From assembly GCA_036262935.1 (NCBI GenBank), contig DATAHW010000058.1, forward strand, positions 6,024-70,023: 64,000 nucleotides of DNA. Direction: 5' to 3'. The notes under the pieces were generated by a model. The model worked only from the letters and a program-made list of their open reading frames with translations. It was not told where the DNA came from and ran no database searches. Position 1 is the first letter of the stretch, and each line of letters begins with the position of its first letter. This document shows positions 59,804 to 64,000 of the stretch, in pieces. Position numbers and translations under genes: made by a program. Source of the DNA: Gemmatimonadales bacterium. GTDB lineage: Bacteria; Gemmatimonadota; Gemmatimonadetes; Gemmatimonadales; GWC2-71-9.

Positions 59804-61738
59804 CTAGAACTGGATCTGGGCACCGAGCTCCACGACCCGGTTCGGGGGAAGATTGAAGAACGCGGTGGCGGTCTGGGCGTTCCGCGTCATCACGATGAAC
59901 AGCTTCTTGCGCCACCGCGCCATCCGCCCGGTCAGGGGAATGGCGGCCGCGTCGCGTCGACGGCCGTCGCTCGCGATGAGCGTCTCCCGGCCCAGGTAGA
60001 AGGTCGTGTTCATGAGCGCCACCTCGACCGGTTTCCCGTCGCCACTCGGCCGGCCCAGGGAGCGCAGGATCGCGGGCACGTTCGGCGTCTCCATGAAGCC
60101 GTAGTGGGCGATCACCTGGTAGAATCCCTGCCCGAGCTCGCGGCAATGCACCCGATCGCTCACGTCCACCTGGGGAATCTCCTCGGTGGCGATGGACATG
60201 AGCAGCACCTTCTCGTGCAGCACCTGGTTGTGCTTGAGGTGGTGCAGCAGCACCGGCGGCGCGCCGGTCGCGTCCGAGGTGAGGAACACGGCCGTGCCCC
60301 GAACCCGGTAGGGCTGCCGGCGGCCGAGGTCGTCGAGGAACAGGCCCAGCGGCAGGCTGTTCTCGCGCACCAGCGCCGCGAGCCGCACCCGGCCCCGCTT
60401 CCAGGTGGACATGAGGGTGTAGACGCTCGCCGCCACCACCAGCGGGAACCAGCCGCCGTGGGGAATCTTGAGCAGGTTGGCCCCCACGAAGGACAGGTCC
60501 ACCACCAGGAACAGCGTCGTGAGCGCGGCGACCTTCCACCGGCTCCAGTGCCACCGCCGCCGGGCCACCACGGCGAACAGGATGCTGGTGATCGTCATGG
60601 TGCCCGAGAGCGCCACGCCGTAGGTCGCCGCCAGATTGGCCGACGAGCGGAACGTCACCACCAGACCCAGGCACGCCACCATGAGGAGGTTGTTGACGGC
60701 GGGAATGTAGATCTGCCCGATCTCGGTTTTCGAGGTGTGCACGATGTTGACGCGCGGGCAGTAGCCGAGCTGAACGGCCTGGCGGGTGAGCGAGAAGGCG
60801 CCCGAGATGAGCGCCTGCGAGGCCACCACCGCGGCCGCCGTCGCGATCCCCACCATCGGGTAGAGCGCCCACGACGGGACGAGGGAGTAGAATGGATTGC
60901 GCGCCGCCGAGGCGTCCACCAGCAGCAGCGCCCCCTGGCCGAAGTAGTTGAGCACCAGCGCGGGCAGCACGGCCCCGAACCATGCCAGGCGGATCGGCCG
61001 CTTGCCGAAGTGGCCCATGTCGGCGTAGAGCGCCTCGCCGCCCGTCACCACCAGGATCACGGCCGCGAGGACGGTGATTCCGGCCAGCCCCTGGCGCAGG
61101 AAGAAGTCCACGGCGTACCACGGATTGATCGCCCGCAAGACCGAGGGCTCGCGCAGGATGCCGCCGACGCCCAGCGCGGCCAGGCACACGAACCAGACCG
61201 CCGTCACCGGCCCGAACACCGCGGCCACGCCCGCCGTGCCGCGGCGCTGGAAAAAGAACAGTCCCAGGATGATCAGGAAGGCGATCGGCACCACGAGGTG
61301 CTCGAGCGCCGGGGTGGCGATGCTGAGCCCCTCCACCGCGCCCAGCACGGAGATGGCCGGCGTGATGATGCCGTCGCCGTAGAGCAGCGCGGCGCCGAAG
61401 AGCCCGGCCATGACCAGCGGGCGCCCCCGGCCCGAGCGCGAGCCGCTGGGCCGGGCGAGCGCCATCAGGGCCAGGATCCCGCCCTCGCCCCGGTTGTCCG
61501 CCCGCATGACCACGGTCAGATACTTGAAGGTGACGACGAAGTTGAGTGACCAGAGGATCAGCGAGAGGATGCCGAGGACGTTCTGCTCGTTGACCGGGAA
61601 GCCCTGCGGCCCCCAGAAGCACTCCTTCAGCGAGTAGAGCGGGCTGGTGCCGATGTCCCCGTAGACGATCCCCAGGGCGCCAAGCGCGAGGGTCGCAAGC
61701 GCGCGCCCTCGGGGTGGCTCCTTGGCAGGCTGGGCCAC
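59804..61738 (-). CDS. kup: KUP/HAK/KT family potassium transporter (paralog 2)
   Basis: N-terminal GIVYGDIGTSPLYSLKECF. 644 aa. It lies 3 nt upstream of paralog 1. Confidence 0.85.
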   Translation of the reverse strand: MAQPAKEPPRGRALATLALGALGIVYGDIGTSPLYSLKECFWGPQGFPVNEQNVLGILSLILWSLNFVVTFKYLTVVMRADNRGEGGILALMALARPSGSRSGRGRPLVMAGLFGAALLYGDGIITPAISVLGAVEGLSIATPALEHLVVPIAFLIILGLFFFQRRGTAGVAAVFGPVTAVWFVCLAALGVGGILREPSVLRAINPWYAVDFFLRQGLAGITVLAAVILVVTGGEALYADMGHFGKRPIRLAWFGAVLPALVLNYFGQGALLLVDASAARNPFYSLVPSWALYPMVGIATAAAVVASQALISGAFSLTRQAVQLGYCPRVNIVHTSKTEIGQIYIPAVNNLLMVACLGLVVTFRSSANLAATYGVALSGTMTITSILFAVVARRRWHWSRWKVAALTTLFLVVDLSFVGANLLKIPHGGWFPLVVAASVYTLMSTWKRGRVRLAALVRENSLPLGLFLDDLGRRQPYRVRGTAVFLTSDATGAPPVLLHHLKHNQVLHEKVLLMSIATEEIPQVDVSDRVHCRELGQGFYQVIAHYGFMETPNVPAILRSLGRPSGDGKPVEVALMNTTFYLGRETLIASDGRRRDAAAIPLTGRMARWRKKLFIVMTRNAQTATAFFNLPPNRVVELGAQIQF

Positions 61739-61739
61739 G

Positions 61740-62174
61740 CTAGGTAGCCCGCGGCTCCGGCGCGCGGCGCCGGGCGAGCAGCGCCAGGACCAGCACCGTC
61801 ACGATGATCACCGCGGAGCCGACGCACCACCGGCAGATGGCGTGAATGACGAAGAGCTCGAGCCAGGTGAGATAGGCCGTGAACAGCACGCCGCCCGCGG
61901 CGAACGCGCTGAGCAGATCGGCCGGCCACCGGCGCGACGCGAGCGCGGGCTGCAGCGCGAGCATCGCCAGCACGAACAGGAGCGCGTACCCGATCACCCC
62001 GATCAGGGCCACCTCGATGCCCGCGATACGGCTCCAGGGGCTGGTCTGCACCGTCTCGCAGCCCCCGGTGCCGCACGCCAGCGTCCCGATGCGACCGATC
62101 TTGTACAGGTAGAGGTACGCGGACACGAACAGCCCGAGCAGGCTCATGAGCGCCGCGCCCATCCGGTAGATCAT
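61740..62174 (-). CDS. Vitamin K epoxide reductase (VKOR) family membrane protein
   Basis: CGTGGC loop cysteines and a CRWC active-site motif in the last TM helix, with 4 TM helices. ATGA overlap with the dsbA-like stop. Confidence 0.7.
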   Translation of the reverse strand: MIYRMGAALMSLLGLFVSAYLYLYKIGRIGTLACGTGGCETVQTSPWSRIAGIEVALIGVIGYALLFVLAMLALQPALASRRWPADLLSAFAAGGVLFTAYLTWLELFVIHAICRWCVGSAVIIVTVLVLALLARRRAPEPRAT

Positions 62175-62839
62175 CGCGCGCTGGCGGTGCGCGGCGCGAG
62201 CGAGTCGACCAGCCGGGTGATCGCGTCGGAATCGAACCGGCCCTGGTACAGCCGGCCGCCGACCAGGAGCGTCGGGGTCGAAGTCACCCCGACCCGCACG
62301 CCCTCGTCGTAGCTGGCCTGGATCCGGCCCGCGTACTTGCCCGCCCGCATGCACGCGTCGTAGCGGGCGAGGTCGAGCCCGGCCTCGCCCGCGTAGCGGC
62401 GGAACAGCTTCGCGGCATCCGAGGAGCCGGCCCACTCGGACTGGCCATCGTAGATCCGCTGGTGCTGATCCCAGTACTTCCCCTGCTCGTCCGCGCAGGC
62501 GGCCGAATGCGCCGCCAGACGGGAGTACTGGTGCTGCTGCAGGGGGAAGTCCCGGTAGCGCCAGCGGAGTCGGCCCGTCTTGATGAGCCGCTCCTCGATG
62601 GTCGGCATCTGGAGGGTCGCGAACGTCTGGCAGAAGGGGCACTGGTAATCGGCGTACTCGGTGATCTCGACCGGCGCGCTCGCGGAGCCCTTGATGTAGC
62701 CGCGGAACCCCGCCGTGTCCGACGGCTGGATGGTCACGTTCGCCGGAATGCTGGCCGTGGCGGGCCGGGAGAGCTGGTACCACAGCGCGCCCAGCCCGAT
62801 GACCGCGACGACTGCCAGGACCACGTAGAAGCGCTTCAT
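62171..62839 (-). CDS. DsbA-family thiol:disulfide oxidoreductase (membrane-anchored)
   Basis: I prefer the ATG at 62839 (MKRFYVVLAVVAVIGLG). Active site YQCPFCQ. C-terminal GVTSTPTLLVGG motif. Confidence 0.75.
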   Translation of the reverse strand: MKRFYVVLAVVAVIGLGALWYQLSRPATASIPANVTIQPSDTAGFRGYIKGSASAPVEITEYADYQCPFCQTFATLQMPTIEERLIKTGRLRWRYRDFPLQQHQYSRLAAHSAACADEQGKYWDQHQRIYDGQSEWAGSSDAAKLFRRYAGEAGLDLARYDACMRAGKYAGRIQASYDEGVRVGVTSTPTLLVGGRLYQGRFDSDAITRLVDSLAPRTASAR

Positions 62840-63141
62840 TCCGCCGGGCGGTGCCGCCATGGTTCCTCGTCCTCCGGGTCGTCGGGGTGAAAGGGTTCCT
62901 GCCGCTGCGCCTCGTCCACGATGCGACGGCTGTCGGCCACTTCGGGCGTATCGTAAGTGACGCGGACCTCGTAGTGGAACATCTCGCTCCGGGCGTCACC
63001 CATCAGCCGCAGCAACTCCGGGACGCCCCCGAGCAGGTGCCCGCCCCGGTCGAGCTCCCGGATTCGCTCCGCCAGGGCGCGCAGCATCTCCGCCAGCCGA
63101 TCGGCCCGCGCCTTGTCGTACACTTCATCGTGCTCTGCCAT
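62836..63141 (-). CDS. Hypothetical 101-aa acidic protein, first gene of the dsbA-VKOR-kup-kup operon
   Basis: ATG at 63141 with GAGG 5 nt upstream. ATGA overlap with the dsbA-like start. I recognised no family. Confidence 0.4.
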   Translation of the reverse strand: MAEHDEVYDKARADRLAEMLRALAERIRELDRGGHLLGGVPELLRLMGDARSEMFHYEVRVTYDTPEVADSRRIVDEAQRQEPFHPDDPEDEEPWRHRPAE

Positions 63142-63235
63142 GAGTACCTCGAGGGGCCGCGGCCCCTCGCTCAAGTTCGTGTCACTGTGGCCGATAAACA
63201 TAATCACCCGGCCCGCGGGCCAATGGTCCCGGGGT

Positions 63236-63264
63236 TTGCACCAAAAGGTGCAACCGGATATATT
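63236..63264 (+). promoter_or_regulatory. Sigma-70-like promoter TTGCAC-17 nt-TATATT overlapped by the perfect palindrome TTGCACC-AAAA-GGTGCAA (63236-63253)
   Basis: Read directly in the 195-bp lower-GC divergent intergenic region. The palindrome covers the -35 hexamer and part of the spacer. Confidence 0.45.
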
Positions 63265-63336
63265 CCATCGCGGAAAACGCCGCACATGAGACGCATGTTT
63301 CGTGACAGGCAGTTTCGACTCCAAGTAGGAAGGTGC

Positions 63337-63603
63337 ATGATCAAGAAGAAACCCGAGCGTGATCCCGAAGCGGTAGCGTTTGCCCAGGCCCGTGACGAGC
63401 TGTTCAGTCACATCCTCCGGTGTGGCGTGATCGACGCGCTCCCGGAGCATCAGAAGGACTGGTTTGATGATACCATGCTCTACCTGGCCGACCGGTACGA
63501 GGACCTGAGCGAGGAGGAGCGGACCCAGTTGCGTGTACTGGGCGAGCGCTTCTGCCAGCCGGTCCAGCGGAAGGTGGAGGCGGTCACGACCGGCGCCGCG
63601 TAA
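63337..63603 (+). CDS. Hypothetical 88-aa protein
   Basis: ATG at 63337 preceded by GGAAGG. Normal codon bias. I recognised no family. Confidence 0.4.
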   Translation: MIKKKPERDPEAVAFAQARDELFSHILRCGVIDALPEHQKDWFDDTMLYLADRYEDLSEEERTQLRVLGERFCQPVQRKVEAVTTGAA

Positions 63604-63681
63604 GCGGGTCGGTGCATGAAGCCGGAGCCCCGGTGCGCCATCGCGCACCGGGGCGTTTGTTGTGTGGACCCCGCCCCTGGC

Positions 63682-64000
63682 TCAGAACCCCTGCCAGCCC
63701 GCGGGAAATCGCCGCCAGCGGTACCCCATCGCCAGCCGGGCGCCCCCGCCGACACCCGCCTCGACGAACCACCCCGACGGCGCGCCCGGGCGCCCCTCTA
63801 CCCCGAGCGTCAGGACGACGTAGCCCTGATTCACCGGCCCGCCCACCACAGCGACGCCCCCGGCGCCGTACACTCCGGCGCCGGCCCGCCCGGTCGGGTT
63901 GAGGAGAAAGTGGACCAGCAGCTCGCCCCGCCAGGCGGCCTCCCTGCCGCTCACCCCTGCCAGCGCCGCGGCCGAGACCCGGGTGCGAAGCGAAGTGCGG
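63682..64000 (-). CDS. 3' end of an ORF continuing beyond the window, possibly an outer-membrane beta-barrel protein
   Basis: The frame is open to base 64000. The C-terminus ..RLAMGYRWRRFPAGWQGF ends in an aromatic residue, and the sequence shows Gly-rich alternating patterns. Confidence 0.25.
   Translation of the reverse strand, partial: RTSLRTRVSAAALAGVSGREAAWRGELLVHFLLNPTGRAGAGVYGAGGVAVVGGPVNQGYVVLTLGVEGRPGAPSGWFVEAGVGGGARLAMGYRWRRFPAGWQGF

Noticed and set aside
61738-61745. A c-di-AMP (ydaO/kimA-type) riboswitch upstream of the kup genes.
   Set aside because: There is only a 1-nt gap between VKOR and kup2 and a 3-nt gap between kup2 and kup1, so no space for an RNA element exists.
1-64000. 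Mobile genetic elements, prophage, defence islands, toxin-antitoxin pairs or CRISPR-Cas.
   Set aside because: No integrase, transposase, recombinase, phage structural, restriction-modification, Cas or recognisable toxin or antitoxin motifs were seen in any frame. GC content and codon style look uniform apart from short intergenic regions.

Overview
High-GC (about 70% by eye) bacterial chromosomal segment with about 50 tightly packed genes. No rRNA, tRNA, CRISPR array, transposase, integrase or phage genes were seen. The gene content suggests a non-Bacteroidota member of the FCB superphylum, probably Gemmatimonadota-like: a SprA-like giant outer-membrane protein, a PorV-like protein, a protein with a T9SS C-terminal sorting domain, a GWxTD protein, GldG/DUF4340, a CarboxypepD_reg TonB-dependent receptor and very GC-rich palindromic intergenic repeats. 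That taxonomic guess is inference only.

Readable content, left to right:
- gldG-like/DUF4340 pair
- Tat-exported M24 peptidase
- a YncE-like beta-propeller remnant
- an AcoR-like regulator with a degenerate AAA+ core, followed by aldehyde dehydrogenase and DUF779
- a hybrid histidine kinase
- comEA-pilB-pilT-pilC
- an M28/glutaminyl-cyclase-like lipoprotein next to sprA
- lptF/lptG
- nadB-nadA-nadC
- an APC permease
- a ctaA-ctaB fusion
- an MsbA-like exporter
- a five-gene operon: TonB-dependent receptor, 1309-aa CTD cargo, PorV-like protein, GWxTD protein, Ig/PPC lipoprotein
- a V4R-M24 pair
- ECF sigma and RsrA-like anti-sigma, followed by a DUF92 / geranylgeranyl-reductase-like / flavin reductase / methyltransferase / SRPBCC / KAS cluster
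- aqpZ
- STAS-REC-ccmABCD
- a small-ORF-dsbA-VKOR-kup-kup operon

Most interesting observations:
1. T9SS-type parts (SprA, PorV, CTD cargo) occur outside Bacteroidota. The cargo-PorV pair sits in an operon behind a TonB-dependent barrel.
2. A glutaminyl-cyclase-like lipoprotein lies beside sprA, and five predicted signal-peptide cleavage sites expose an N-terminal Gln (a 'Q-rule' signature).
3. A sigma-54-type activator lacks the Walker A lysine and the GAFTGA region, and sits in front of a sigma-70-like promoter.
4. Two families of nested palindromic repeats are present, including a filled-site/empty-site pair.
5. A 193-nt gene-conversion tract links the tandem kup paralogs.

All protein family calls come from motif recognition by eye. 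No searches were run.
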